64,000 nt of DNA from Torpedo marmorata (Eukaryota): contig OZ360246.1 of NCBI GenBank assembly GCA_977017645.1, positions 15,686,001 to 15,750,000 on the forward strand. Direction: 5' to 3'. The position numbers were made by a program, and so were the translations under genes. The notes under the pieces are model-generated. The model was not told the DNA's origin. It saw only the letters and a program-made list of their open reading frames with translations, and searched no databases. Shown piece by piece: positions 63,999 through 64,000 of the stretch (position 1 is the first letter of the stretch; every line of letters begins with the position of its first letter).

Positions 63999-64000
63999 TG

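Overview
Vertebrate genomic DNA, not prokaryotic. The repeat complement (HE1-like V-SINEs, HER1/CR1-like LINE tails, Rex/Babar LINEs, Penelope-like elements) points to a cartilaginous fish; this is inference. The only host gene I can support is SKI on the + strand. Exon 1 lies upstream of the window, 1-23363 is intron 1, and six coding exons (23364-37409) splice in frame with GT-AG sites to give the C-terminal 413 aa. A ~4.2 kb repeat-free 3'UTR follows. The rest is dense in mobile elements: Rex/Babar, CR1 and L1-like LINE fragments, V-SINEs, hAT and Tc1/mariner-pogo MITEs, and the 3' end of an apparently young Gypsy-type LTR retrotransposon. The most interesting signal is a family of Penelope-derived units carrying a minimal type I hammerhead-ribozyme motif (mostly U3 instead of C3). 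They occur as ~100-170 bp monomers, fold-back hairpins, tandem-plus-inverted arrays and GIY-YIG-bearing copies, most bounded by 9-14 bp direct repeats. Most ORFs in the supplied track are spurious or repeat-derived. Repeat boundaries are approximate unless a TSD or TIR is quoted.
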